NCBI GenBank assembly: GCA_965202585.1 | Contig: OZ241833.1 | Location: 47,554,001-47,618,000 of the forward strand | From: Thalia democratica | Taxonomy: Eukaryota | DNA length: 64,000 nt | Direction: 5' to 3' | Part shown: positions 38,801-53,800 of the stretch, piece by piece | Numbering within the stretch: position 1 is the stretch's first letter | Layout: each line of letters starts with the position of its first letter | Notes under the pieces: generated by a model | The model's input: the letters and a program-made list of their open reading frames with translations, nothing else | The model's database searches: none | What the model was told of the DNA's origin: nothing | Program-made: the position numbers and the translations under genes

Positions 38801-41800
38801 GTTTTTCGAGAAGCTGTTGAGTTGTTTTAGACTTTTATGTTTATGAATGTAAATTGACGAGGCTCTATTAAGTTTAACCTTAATTTTGGTACGAAATTTT
38901 ACTTTTATTGTAAAACATTTATTTGAGTATAACTAATTTAATCTTACTGTTTTATTGGCTACTTTACTTAAAAAACAAAATCCTTAAAAGTTTAAAGAAA
39001 GAAGTTTTAAACTATTTTCACCTGTCTTGAAAGGCTTAGCTTTAGTATCCACGTTTCCGTTATTGTCCGTTGCTCTGACCAATACAAAGTAGCTAGAATC
39101 TGATTAAAATACGTAATTGTAAAAATATAAGTCTTGTTTACATTAATTCTAAGATTTTAAACATAAAAGCTATAACAGTTTTTTTTTATTAGAACTTTTA
39201 TTTAACTTTTTAGTTTTATTTTTTTTAATGATATACAGTGTGTTTTTATTAGTAATTGTTTGGTAATAAAAAAATTAGTAATATAAAAATTTACATATAT
39301 CAAATAAAAGCAAAAACTATTCTAAAATTTAACCAAGTTTAAATATTATTACCTTGTTCGAGGTTGTCGATCTCAACTTGCGTAGTTCCACTCATCCTTT
39401 CGACAGTCATGTTCCTCACTAATTGCGAGGGACTCTGAATGAACACGTCATATTTGACAACCCTGCTACCGCCCAGTATGACCAGTGTTGCTGATACATC
39501 GGTTACTTGCTCGATTTCGAAGCTGAAACCATCTGATAGTGGTGCTGTTGTCATCTCGATCGTTGTTGATGGCATCGTTTGTGTTACAGTGTCATTTCCT
39601 CCGACTGGTGAAAATTGAATAAGTTTAATAGTTAACTAAATAGTTTAGGGGATTCAGTTTTAAAGTTAAACTTTTTTTTAAATCAATGATATCTGATATT
39701 TTCTATTATTTAAAGTAGTTTATTTTGAAAATTTTCTGGATTAAATAAGTTTGACAATCAAAACATGGTTTTAACAGGTTTATTTTAATCAGTTCTATCT
39801 TAAACAGCCGTTAAAGGTTTGATTTTTTTTTCTCCGAAATAAAAGATCAACGTGCGTTATATTAATCATTTTACTTGTGAATATTATCGTGGTTTGTTCA
39901 GTCGAGGTCGTTTGTTGCTGAGTTGTCATTTTTGAAGTTGAAGTTTGCGGTTCAGTTGTAGTTTTAGTTGCAAACAAGTTCCACAAAATTTCCATGAAAT
40001 CACTGAAATTTGAAGCGAAATTTTGAGTGCCCTTTTCGAGTGAAGTGATTACTGTTCTAGAACCTTCTTCAGTCATTGGTTTGGCTGTTTTAAAGGCAAC
40101 AGTCGTTTCTTTACTAGCAGTTGACATTTCTCTAGTTGTCATTCGGTCAGGTTCAGTTGTAGTGTCGTCATAGAAAGTTGTGCTTTCCTCTGAAAGGCTG
40201 TCTTTTTCTTCAATTCCAGTCGTAGCATAAAAACCAGAACCTTCCGTTGTAATTTCTTCAGTAGGTTCAGCATTCAGTTTAGTAGATAGTTCTTCAGCAG
40301 CCTTTGTAGAGTAAAAGCCGGAACCTTCTGTTGTCTCTTCCAGAGAGTCTACTACGGTAGTCTCTACAATTGCTTGCTTTGAAGTAACTTCCTCAGTAGA
40401 AGTTTTTATTTCTTTAGTAACTGCTTCAGTGGATGAAGTTTCTGCAGCTACTGTTGTAGATTTAGCTTTGTCGAAAAGATTCCACAAAATATTCATCACT
40501 TCTTCCAAATCGTAGTCAAAGTCCATGTCTGAATCCAAATCGAGATCAGTTATTTTGGTGTTTGTTTCTTTAAACTTCTGAACAGTTTTGTATATTTCCG
40601 TGACAACGGTAGATGCCTCGCTAATGTCAAAAGACGTGGGTTTGGTTTTGGACTCAGTGGCTAGAGTGGAAGCTTCTTTAACACTTGTGGTTGATTCTGG
40701 ATCAGCAGTAGTGGTTTCGGATTCAGTAATTTCCCGAGTAGCTGTGCTTGAAGGTTCGGTCGTCACAGAGCTTGTTGTGAGTTCAGGCTTAGCAGTAGTT
40801 GCTCCTGATGAAATAATGTTCTGAGCCAAATTCCACAAAAGTCCGAAAAGCTTATCTTTGATTGACTGTTTAGTTGTTGCGTCGACTGTGGTGTCAAAAC
40901 TTGTTGCGGATACAGGTTTAGTAGTGGGAGTCTTTACAGTAGTGCTCTTACGAGTCGTATCTTGATCTGCAGTGAAAAAAAGTTTATCAGTTGTCGCTTC
41001 ATCTGCTGTAGGTGTAATATCTTGACTATTAGTGGATTGAGTTGTTTCAGCTTCTGTTGTGTGAGCTTGAGTTGTTTCCTCTCTTGCAAGAGTTTTCTTT
41101 ATAGTCTTCAATGCTTCTCCCAAGTTCCACAGCAAGAACTGCTCATTACTGCTAGGCATTTCATCAGTAGTTGATTCAGGTTTTCTGCTCCCTATCAAGT
41201 CTGTTATGTTGTTTATTAGAGTTTGGAGGTCTGTTGCTAAAATAGTTTTCATTGTAGTTGAGTATTGCTTTTCAGACACTTCTGTTGTTTCTACTGGTGC
41301 ACTTTCAGTTGATTTTGGTGATTCTGTATAATGTTTTCTAGTTGAAACATATTTCAAAACAGTATTAAGTCCATGCTTCTTAAACTTTAAACAGCCTCGT
41401 GCAATATTCATTCGATTTTTTATACTCTGGTTAGCTCTTTCAAGAGTTAAAACGCAAAAACAATGGCTACCTTGAAAAGCAGGTAATTTTGTAACGACAT
41501 TAAACAAGCTTTACTTTCTGTCAATGCTTGGTTAAGAAGCTTTTTTCTTCTTCAATCCAGATTTTAAAACAACATACAAACGGCCTTTTGAAGCTCATTC
41601 AATATCAGGAGTGACATATCAATCATAAACAAATCAGTTTGATTTATTTAAACAAATCAAAAGAACTGTGATTAAAGTTTTGAATATTTAATATATATGA
41701 TAATAACTTGCTAATAATTTCTTTGATTTTAACATACGTAATGCTTTAAGAGTAATTTCAATGTGTTCTATTATAATGATTGTTTTAAAAAACGTTCTCG

Positions 41801-44800
41801 GATGAAAATTTTGTGCTTGTAAACAACTTAAAGTGACAATGCTTGGTAAATCGAATTAATCGTGATAAATTATGAACACTTTAATAATTCACTTTTCAAT
41901 CTTTATTCAATGAAAAATTTGCAAAAATACACAGCTGAAGCAGCATAATACGTGCTGTATTGTTACGCAGAAAAAAAAAGAAATTGAAATAAAATACCTT
42001 CAGTTTTGAATGCAATGTTTCTGGATATTAAAAGTCTTCCATTTGAAAGAGCTCTTCCAGACATCATGTATCTTGTATCTGTAAGCATAAGCAAATTAAA
42101 GTTGTATACAAATACTATCTATCGTACATAGTTAAAGTATTAAGATAGCACTACAACAACATTTAATATACAATACTAATTTATACAAACTATACAACTA
42201 TTAAATAAATTGATTAAGATTAAATCTTAAAATGCTCTATGTAAATGAATTTTTGAATTTTTTAACTAGAAGACTACTTAATAGACAACAAGCTACAAAT
42301 ATTAAAACAACATAAAACAACGAGACAGACATAAAGTTATAAAATTAAAATGAGATATGGAATATGCTTAAAAAATAAGGATCACAGTGAAGTTTTTCAA
42401 GTTTTAAATCATGTTTACACAACCAATTAAAACAATGGATACTTTTAAGTAACTTTCAACACAAGTTAACAAACCAGAAGGAAGATTGTTGAACAAGAGC
42501 TCCATTGAACCGGCGCTCTTTGGAACTTTGAACACCTTCGGAACATTGCTTGGAAGTTTGTACAAGTACAACTCGTAGCTGTCTACCTGATTGGATGACT
42601 TGAGTGTGAACACCACGCTTGATGACGTCACGTTGCTCTTTGTGAACTGGAACTCGACTGGGAATGTTACAGGGGACGGAGTTGTTTCTTCGGTAGTGAA
42701 AGTTGTTTCTGTGTGGAGTTTATTTATTTACATTGTTTTCATATTAATTATTATTACTTGATAATAAGTGTTTATTTATTTTAAAGTTACCGGAGATTGA
42801 GTGCCTTGCTTTGTGGTGAAAAGTTTTTTGATTTTTTTTAGTTGTAAGCAAAGTATAATTTAATGTATTTGATAATTTAAAATACTTTGAAAGAATGCAT
42901 GCTTATGTTTATGCTTATTTTATTTTTCGTTTTAAAATATCTAGAAAAAGTAATCATTGGTTGGTTTAAGTACGTATGAGCTGCAAAAAGAATATAACTA
43001 ATAATATATAAAACTGATAATATATGAAAAATGTTTTGGAGTCGCTGTTGTTTTTGTGAATGATGACGCCAAAAAAAATCTATTAACTAACTATAACAAA
43101 TCTATGTATAATGAGAATCATAAACATATTTAACAACTTACCTGGTGTAAGAGTTCTGAAGAAGACGCTGTTAGAAATAACTGATCCGTCCTTCATTACT
43201 GCGTCTATTGTGAGCTCGTATGATGTGTCTGAATAAATAGAAAATCAACTTCTGTCTGATTTTTATTTCATAATAAAAACGTAAAAAAAGTATTAGTCTT
43301 TTAAATTTAAGAATAAAAGTTATTCAATACCTAAAGTGTTTGTTACTTCAATGAAAAACAAAAGGTACGTTAAACTCCTTAAACTATTTAGTATTGTTCT
43401 TATAACGCTTAAGAGATAATAAAATTTCTAAAAACTAATAGATTGTTATAAAAATTCCCAATAATTGTATTAGAGTTTTGATAATAAATAAATATTTTAA
43501 CAAACCTCCGGGTAGCATAGTAAGTTGGAAGAGCATCTCCTCTCTCTCCCTGCCGATCACGATCTCCTTTCTTTCGTCATTGACGTCATCACTCATCGCC
43601 AGCTTGACAACGTACCTCATGACGTCATCACTCGACTTCAGGTAAATTTCAACCATCGATGACGTCACTTCGCGCAACAAGAAGGAGAACGGGGCGGGAG
43701 TGACGGTCATCTTGGTTGTGACGTCATAATCAAAAGTGGTTTCTGACGTTTCTGTTGTTGGCAGCTCCGTGGTGGGCGTTTGAGTTGTTGGAATCTCACC
43801 TACAGTTATATAAACAGACCTAAAGATGTTTTGTTGAAAAATCTATAATTATTTAATGTGTAAGTTTGGTCATTTGACAAAATGTTTATGAAGTATTCAT
43901 TACTTAAGAATAATATAAACTAGTCTGCCAACTTTGAAACATCAATCAAAAAAAAAATTTCTTTAATAACCAAGAAAAAACAAAAAATATTACTGAAGTG
44001 TTAATTTACTTTCAAGAGTGTTGAACTCTATTGTTCTTCTCTGGAAACTTCCGTCGAAAAACTCAGCTACAGCGTCGACATTGTACTGAGAATCTGTAAT
44101 TTAGGTCAAGTTACAAACAGACCAAGAATAGGATTTCTTTATGAAACATGTTTGAAGTTATACTTAAAGTTCCTAAAGTTTGAGCATTTAAATGTTTATT
44201 TAGATCTATTAATTTGCATAAGTATTAGCTTCGGTGCAAGTTTTTAGAAAAAAAAGAAGTAAAAGCTTCTGTTTATGAATAAAACAAAGTATATTATGAC
44301 TTTAGTAAATATTAACTTAATGGAATTATTAGATTAATTTCACTATAAGGCAGCGATCTGAATCGAAAAATGTTAGCCTTCTTGATCATCATCAATTTTT
44401 TAAGTTTATAAATGATCAAACTGTTTATGTCTTTTAATTTATAATAACTTATAACATTTATTATTTTAATTATTCACCAGAAGGCAATGATGTGAATCTG
44501 AACATGTTCACTTTTTTGAACATCGTTAGTCGTTGCCTGATGGGCTGGGGAAGCACCGATGACGCGAATATGACGTCAACAGCTCTGACGTCATTGCTAG
44601 TTGTCATCAGTATGCTTGCGCTGCTATCGGTGACGTTTTCAACCGACAGGTCGAATATCATTTCTCCTTTAGTTGTCATTTGGATTGTCGTCATTTCAAC
44701 TGTTGTGCCTTCGGTTGACATTTCAACTGTTGATGGTTGCTCAGTTGACGTTTTAACTTGCAATTTCTGTTGCGTCATGAAGGAGACTTCTTTGGAGCGA

Positions 44801-47800
44801 ACTCGGTTGTCTTTGAAGTAAAATTTGGCAACCATCTTGTATGAGGTCTCTGTATAAACATTTAAAAGTTGTCTTTATTGATGCAAGACTTGAGTAGAAT
44901 AGTTTGATTAGCTTGAAACTAAAAACTGGAGTAAAAGCCAGCTTAAGTAAAGGAACAAATTTATTAATTATACAATGCAGACACAAAAAATGTTTTTTTT
45001 TTCCGCGTTTATTATATAAAAAACAAAATAAACATGAAGGTAATAACTTTTATGTGTTTTATAAAATATTTTCCACTCAATACCTTGCATGAGTTAGAAG
45101 TAAAAAATAAAATGTACACTAGCATTTAAATTTACAGATTGTTTTTATTCTCAATACAAATAAAATTTTGATGCTTTAAAATAACTAGCTTTTTACCTTA
45201 AATTTATCTTATATAAACTCAAACAAACCTGGCATGAGGGGGTACAATCTGATCCTGTTCACGGCGTTCAAACTCTCGAACACATTCTCCTCACCGACTT
45301 TGACGTCATCCTCGTAGAACACCAGGCTCACTTTTGTGACGTCATCGCTAACCGCTATGACGAGGATGGCCTCGTCACCGGTCACGTTGGCGGCCCTGAT
45401 GTCATAGTCGGTCATTTTGACTGACACTTGGGTAGTCTTGTCGTCCTGAATTGTGGTTGGCTGGTGGGTAGTTGGTTGCGCTGTGGACACTCCTTGAAAA
45501 ATTTAAGATGTTTTGGTGACTTTTGAATTAATTTCTACATATCTTTACTTAAATAGTTGTAACTATATGCTTAAAATTAAATTTTTAGTACTTGTTATCC
45601 TAAGACAACAAAAATACAGTTAAGAAAAAAGAGTTTGTTATATACCAACAAAAACCAGTCTATGTCATGTCTACAAGTTTATTTATTTAGTTATTAAGCT
45701 TTTTTTAAATGGGTTGTTTGATGATTCGTATAATAACTTACTATTAGACTGAAATTTAACTTCTTTTGATTCTGAGCTTCCGTCTTTCAAGTAGAAGATT
45801 GCCTTCATTGTAAAGTCTGAATCTGTTTACAATATAAGGATCATAAAACTGTAATCTCAACCAACCTTAGTTTAAGTGTTTAATTATTTATATAAATATA
45901 TTTTTTTAAAATATGTACTTAAAGTTTTTGATAAAAAATAAGTTTAGTTTCAACAAAATCATTAATGACTTAACCATATGAAAACGACTTAATCTTTAAA
46001 ATAAACAATGGTTAAAATTGATGAAACAAGTTTTAAGTCTATTTACTGAATAATAAAAAAAACAATAAAAATACTGACTAGGAGGCAGAGGCGACAATTT
46101 GATGTTGTTGATCTTCTTGAACTCCGTTAGTTTGTTCTCAATGGGACTATCCAAGTAATCCGCCATGAACAGTAACGTCACTCTGATTACGTCATCATTG
46201 GTAGTCATGACGATGATGGCCGAGTCGTCGGTGACGTTCAATAAACGGATGCCGTAGGTTTCCGTGGCAGCATCAGTGGTTGTTACCATGACAACGTTTT
46301 CCATGGTCGTGGGCTCAGTTAGCATGTATACGATTGTCTCAAATGATTCGGTTGTCTCTGAAGATGTTATCTTTTCAGCAGTAGTAGATCTCTGTGTTGT
46401 TGATTTCTGCGTTGTAGATCTTTCAGTGGTAGATTTTTCTGTTGTCTTTTCATACGTTTCTGTAGTTCCAGGCATTTCTGTTGTTTCTGTTCGTTCAGTC
46501 GTTGCTTCTTGAGTTGTTGATGCAAAAGCGGTGCTTGCCACAAGTTTTTCACCTGTTTAATAAAATTAAACTTTTAATTATTATTTTATGAACCTAATAT
46601 TTGAGTCAAACTGTTTACCAGTGTGCATGATTAGCATATCTAACCGAAATGCTGATATAACCTAAAAAAAATAATAAAAACAATAAACAAATTAAAAGTG
46701 TTTTACAAGAACTATTACTTAGATTATCTATTTACCACCAGTTATAAATAAAAACCTAGTTTTCGCAATGTCGTAAAACAGTAAACATCAAAGTTTCATA
46801 TGCTGATCTCGGATAAAAAAGTAACAATAAACTGCTGATTATACACATATCACACACATGCTTACCTTGTGTCTTGAACTCCAAGTCATCGTACAGATAA
46901 GAACCGTCTCTGAGTTTGGCCTCTCCAACTATTCTGAAGTCACTTCCTGCAAAAATATATTTTATCAGTCTAAAAACTCTTTTCGAATGAATCTAGCATT
47001 TTTAAATAAAAAAAGGCAATTAATAAAGAAACACCTTGTCTTTATTCGTTCAGCTTATTTTAACTACTCATTTTAAAATTAGCTTTGATCAAGCTTTATT
47101 GCAAATGAAAAAAGTGATTCTGCTTATACTTTTTAGTTCTGGTTTGTACACTTGATTAAAACCGTTTTATGCAACTAAAAAAAGCTGTATGGTTTGAGTT
47201 AACAGTCACAAGCTAAATCTAACACAATTTTTTTATTTAACTGAGAAAAATAATAATACTGAACCTTGCGGTAATGGGGACAGTCTGACGTTGTTGACCC
47301 TCATCACCTGGTCAATGTTGAACACGTTGGGCTCGTCGGAAGTGGGCACGTAAAAGTACAGTTTGATGTCAATTACGTCATCGCTCGTCACAATGGCGAT
47401 CATGGCGTCTCTCTCGGTGACTTCCTTGACAGACATTTCGAAATCGACCCTGATTGGTGTTTCGGTCGTTTCAACAGCATCTGTTGCGCTTTCTTTCAAC
47501 TCACCTGATGGGATAATGAAACGTTACGTCTAACATAATAGCTATTTTTTGAAACAAAAGTAATAGTTATTATAAATGATTTTGATAGTGTGATGTAAAA
47601 ACGTAGGTAGAAAACGATTGTTTTATGCTTTCCATAAGTTGTTAATGACTTAAGAAACTTCTTAGTTTACTGTAGTATTTTGTAAAAACAAACGTGTACC
47701 ACTTTTTTAGTTTTAGTTTGTGTTTTATCTTACAATTAAGCAAATAGCTAACTCGGTTTTTCAGTTGTAAATTGCTTCTGAGTAGTAGATTCTTTCCGAG

Positions 47801-50800
47801 TAGAAAACTGTTCTTTTGTAGTTACTTCTGTAGTGAAATCTTTCTCAGTAGTTTCATCCATTTCTGTTGTCATTTCTGTAGTCATTTCTGTCCTCATTTC
47901 AGTTATGATTTCAGGATGTGTCATAATTTTGAAATCTGTTGTCATTTCAACTTCTGTCGTCGATTTAGACTCTGTAATCGGTTCATCTGTTGTTGTTTCA
48001 CGCTCTGTAGTCATTTTAGCTTCCGTAGTAGTTTCTTTGTATGACGTAATAATCTCCATAGACGGTGTTGTCATTTCCATCGGTGACGTAGTTCCTTCTG
48101 CTGACGTCATAGACATTGTTGTGCTCTCAACTACAGGCTCGCCTAGAGAGTAGTTTATATTTCAACATATGTTTTACATAACTTGAAAAAAGTTGATCAT
48201 AAATGTTTTCTTAACCATATTTGAAAATAAATAAACTATACGAACTCTCAAGTGACTAGTATATATATTATAATACACTAATTTTGATCAAAAACGTTTG
48301 CTTAAATTATTGTTTATATAAATATAAAGCTTTAAGGCAGCCCGACTTAAATAATTTGTTTTGTACTTACTCAAAGTTGAAAAGAATATTTCTTGCGAAA
48401 TTTTGTCTCCGTTTTTCAAAGTTGCTTCTCCTACGAGTTGGTAATCAATACCTGAAAGAAATGAAGAATGTTATACAAGTTTTATAATTTTTGAACTTTT
48501 AAAATTATTTACCATTTTTGAGTGGTGAGAGCACGACCATACTGAGCTCGTCCTGAGCCGACACCTGTTTGAGTTTGATAAGTTTTTGCGTAAATAATGA
48601 GATGTTGAAAAAATAAACAATTTTTATCATAGAGGTAGTCAAAAACAAACAAAGGCTTTAATGCATCCGCAAAAAGACATGCAGTTTTTTAAATACTGAT
48701 TTTTTTTCAAACAATTTTTTCGATAATCAAAAAATTAACGTTTTATATTCATTAAATAATTTTAGATTGTTATTTAACAACAACTATTAAGCTGAGTGCT
48801 TTTAAGTATATATAAATAAATAAATATATATATATATATGTATAAGTAATCGACCCTGTAACCGAACGGAATCGCTCCCTCCTGGTGGTACAGCAGAAGT
48901 ATGACGTCATCGACCTCGTCGGTGTCGACTCTGACGTAGACGGTGGCGCGGTCGTGGGTGACGTCATCGATCGTCATCGAGAAGCGGTCGTCCGTGACGA
49001 GCGGTTGGTCGGTGGGAGGCGCTGTTGTGTCGAGGGTTTCGGTCTGTTGGGTGGTTTCATCCGCTTGCGTCGCTTCTGAGTTGTAAATTTAATTAATTAG
49101 ATTAGAAAATTGGAACTTTAATTCAGTTTATATTTTTCCATTAGATGCAATTAATTGTTTTTAATACTAGTTTTTTCAATGTTTGTAAATGTTATTCGTT
49201 TTGAATACAGTATTGTTGCTACGATTTGCTAAACACCGTTAAGCTGAATAACTGTAATACAAATATTAAGGTGTTACAAAATGATTGAAATAGATTAAAA
49301 CATAGATTGAAATATAAAGCAATGTTAAAAAATAACCTAATGTAGAAGTGATTGACGTAGAAAATTCGATTTCTTGGGAGAATTTAGTTCCGTTTGTAAG
49401 CTCAATTTCAGTTACTAGTCTGAACGAAGTCTCTGTTGAAGTTTTAAAATCACTTTAGACTTCATAAGACAACACTACAGAAATTAAAAATAACAAAGTA
49501 ATATATCTCAAACTATCTTAAACATTAGCAATCAGGAAAAATCAGGAAAAATCAGGAAGTTACCTGCGGAAAGCCATAATTGACTATCAACAAAATACAG
49601 AATACATAAACAAAACTTCTATGATTAATTATATTACCTTAGTTTCACAAGTGTAAATATTTATTCTAATTTCAACAATTTATCATACAGCGTTATATAA
49701 AAAAAAATTAAATTTAACCTGCGGGAAGGGGAGCCATCCTGATGACCTCCTCGTCGGCCGGATCGCTCTTCGAGTTGACGCTCGGATTAGGGAAGTTCCC
49801 CACGTAGAGATAGAAGGTGACCATTTCGACCATGTCGTTGGTCCGCATCACCAACACCGCCTCCATGTTCGTGAGCGTGTCGATTATGATGCCGAATATC
49901 TCCTCAGCTGTCATGCTGGACACCTTTTGCTGTTGGGTAGTTTCCATGAACATGTCCTGGGTGGTTTCCACAAACATGTCTTGGGTGGTTTCCATGACGA
50001 TTCTGGCTTGCTGGGTGGTTTCAGGTGCCTGGGTGGTTTCTTCCTCTGTGGAAACCTCGGTGGCGGCCTGAGTTGTTATCAGGATTCCAATTGGCTTCAC
50101 AGTTTCTTCTGAATTTGACCTTTCCGCTTGAGCGGTCGCCATTGTTGTGCTACTCACTTCGATCGGTTTGACAAGTTTTCCTTCAGTTGTCACTCCTTCG
50201 CTTGGCCTCATCGTAGAAGCTTCGAACGATTCGGTCGATGATTCGAAAACTTCCATTGTCGACGTCACAGTGGCTGTTATCTCCTTCTCCATCGGTGCTG
50301 TTGCTTCTGTGGAGAAATGTATTAAAATTATTCAAATATCAGTTTTTAGTTTTTGAGTTTAAGTTGCCTAGTTTTGTTGCCTAGCTATTAACCAAAAATA
50401 TTAACAAAGCAGACAAATTAGTTTATTGTTTGTTTTTTAAACTTTACTCAATCTTAAGTTTAGGCGCATTCAATAATATCCGCTAAGCCGTTTAAATTTT
50501 AATAATAACTTTAATCTACAATATACAACTTAAGTTATTGAAATTAATAAAGATATTGAAACCAACCTGATGGTGTTTCAAAGGAAAAATCGTAAACCGC
50601 AACTTCGGCTCCATTTCTGTTGTAACCGAACACTTTGACTCTAAATTCCATTCCTGTATGTGGTTTTTAACAAAGATGAAACGTGAGTAATTTAAGTATT
50701 TACTGGATTAATTTTAAAAAGTTTATATACTTTTTAATTTAATGACACACTTAAACTTGAAAAAACAGGGTACATAAAAGCAAAGAAGGTTTATAAAACA

Positions 50801-53800
50801 AATAATTTAAGTTATGAAAATTCTAGCAAAACAAAAAGTCCAATTGAAATCCTTTGAGCATTAAGTTTTTACCGTGTAAAAGTTTATTATGATATTAAGA
50901 ATTTTTTCGTGAAAACAAAGCAATTATAAATTAAGGTAAAGTTACTAACAATTTTCTAGATAAAAGCAAAAGCTTCACTGAAGTGTTTGCGATTGACTAA
51001 GTAGCATTTTACGCAACATACACCATTTATTATTATTTATTATTAAACTTTCTGACAACATTTATTCAACTAAATAATAAAAGTTCTCTGAATACCAACC
51101 GCTGATCAGGGGGCTCATCTTCAAAGTCGTGACGTCACCGACCTTGTCGAACTCCTGGAACTGCATTTCTCCTCCCATCCTGACCTCAACCCTGTATGAC
51201 GTCACGCTCGAGCTGCTCTCGATCCTCACTTCGGCCGAGTTCTCCGTGAGATTTGTGACGTCAGCGCTGACGTAAACAAACTCTCTTTTGGTTGTGACGT
51301 CATCGGGTTCGGTTGTCGCGTCGTCATCGCTGACAGTCGAAGTGAAGTCTGTTGTTGAGACGTCGAAACCATTGTTGTCTGTCGTGACGTCAAATTCTGT
51401 TGTGACGTCAGACTCTGTTGTCGCCGTCGCTTCGGTGGTGAAGTTCCTTCTTTCGCCTTTGTTGTTTTGTAAAATCATAAAGTATACAGTTTGTATATTG
51501 TTATTTAAAATTTTAGTTTTTATTTTATAAAAACATCTTAAGACAACGGATAAAACTAAATAAATTTAATTCCAAAAGTTTTTAAAATCTTTATAACTGT
51601 GAGTAATTTTTTCACAATTTAATAAGTTACCTTCAGTACTGAAAGAAATCTCTGCAAGTTTCAAACCATCTCCGTCTTTGTCATTTCCAATTATAATTGC
51701 GGTATAATCGGTTCCTGTTAATAAAAAAAGTCTTTATGATTCGCCAGCTAGAAATTTTTACATCGTATAAGCTTATTATAACCTTTTTTTAAAGATGATT
51801 TTTAACATTTTAATATCCTCATTTATGGAAGAAAGAATTAAATAAACGAAAAAATTAAGTCATATTACGTTTAAAGCGCAATTCAAAATCAAGAAAGCAC
51901 CATATATTAGAAAAATACTTTGTAAGATAACTTTGGTAATGCCTTTACGGCTGGGTTATATTAAAATAAAAACTTAAAACAAAAATATATTAACAATTCA
52001 CCCAAAACTTCAACAAGACTTAATCAAACTATCTTGAAAAAATGAAAACATTACAGAGAAAAACATCTAATCAAGAAAATTGTACTATTTATTTAAATTT
52101 TTTCTAAAACTCACAGATACCGTTATAATATCCGAAAGTAACATAAATTTAAAAAATAATTCCCCTAACCTGAAACAAGCGGTTGCAGCAACACCACGGT
52201 GGGCCGGTTGTCGTTCACGCTGGTGAAATTCTGGTCCCCGCCCCGGTCGTTCAGCAGGTTGACCTGGAACTCACGTATGTCCTCACTGCCGAATATCAGC
52301 AGCAGGGCCGCGTTGGGCTGTACCATGGAAACCTGGACGTACATCTCGGTGGTTGCCATGGAATCCGGCTCGTCGGTGGTGGGTGTGGTGGGTTGCGTCG
52401 TCACAGGTTTCACTCCTGGGGATTTTTTTATTGGTATAATTAAGAAGCTATAGTTTTGTAAATTTCAATTAATTTAACTACTTGGATTCTTTTGAACTTG
52501 ATGTTTTCATATTTATTTGTTAAATAAGGGTTTGTTTTTACAGACTTAAAGATTTTTTGTTAAAAATAAAAGTATATTTTCAATGGGTTAGAGATTTAGT
52601 TTTCAATTTTAAAATTTCTACTTTAGTAAAAAAACTTGTACGGATATATGTGACACTGTTTAATTTAACTTTTTTACTTAAGTATATTTGTTAAAGTTAA
52701 CCTTTTGTTTTGAAGTTTACAATCTGTCTTGCGACCTCTTTACCGTAAAATCCGAAATCTACGTCGTCGTAAGCAAGTACTTCGATAGAGTAGTTTGTTC
52801 CTAAACAATAAAAAATAAATGTTAGTAATTGAGTAATTCAATAGATTAGTTTGTTCCTTAACAATATAAAATAAATCATTAGTAATTGATTACTTCGATA
52901 GAGTAGTGTGTTCCTATATAATAAAGAATAAATTAATTATAATTGATTGATTCAATATAGTAGTATATTGCTGAAAAATTAAAATTTAAACATAAGCAAA
53001 TATGATCATTTATGGAAATATATTTGCGTATGTTATTTTTTCAAGTAAAGTGTGTGCTACCATTCTGAAGCACTTTATTGTAAACTATTTGTTGTACTCA
53101 ATTGTTTGAAGCACTATATTACCACTATAAGTTCTACAAAAAGACTATAAAATATCATATAATACTCTACTAATCGAATTATTGATAACAAATTTACTCT
53201 ATTGTTATTGTTAACTAAGTAATATATTTAAACCTGAACCAAAATACTAAAACGATATTATAACCAATTCATACCTGGTTGCAGCGGAGGCAGTTTGCTA
53301 GTTATGACGTCACTGTACTTCGAAACCTGCCTTACCATTGGTTCCTTAACACCCTCTATGTAGAACCTGACCAGGAAGCTCTTTACATTCCTACCTGACA
53401 ATATGAAGAAGTCGGCATCGTTTTCCCTGATGTTGTCAATTTTTACTAATATGGAGTTGTCTTCGGACGGTTGAGTTGTTTGCGGGACATTTGTGGTGGG
53501 TTTCGGCGCTTCGGTCGTTTTTACCGGTTTGACACCTGCAAAAGTTAGTAGATTAAAAAAACATTATTCACTTCTTTTTGTAATTAATGTTTATATGTTT
53601 CTGAGTTTGTTTTCTAAGCTCAGGTTACTTTAATGTCCTAAAGTGTGATACTTTCTATAAAATCTTTTAAGTTTTTACAACGTCAAAGAAATAAACGAAT
53701 AAGTACCCATGGTAACGAAGCTGACCCATTCTTTGGAGACTACTTTACCGTTCATACCATAATTTACATCATCGAACCCAAAAACTTGAACGGTGTAGTT

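Noticed and set aside
41324-41997. N-terminal 61 aa of ORF 39795..41507 and coding-looking sequence in this intron
   Set aside because: A good phase-1 acceptor at 41325-41324 explains the exon. The upstream part has stops in all frames and I could not assign it to any family; it may be a decayed insertion.
42791-42825. Possible extra mini-exon (FTTKQGTQSP)
   Set aside because: No usable upstream AG, and the flanking exons already join in phase; treated as a diverged echo of the next exon start.
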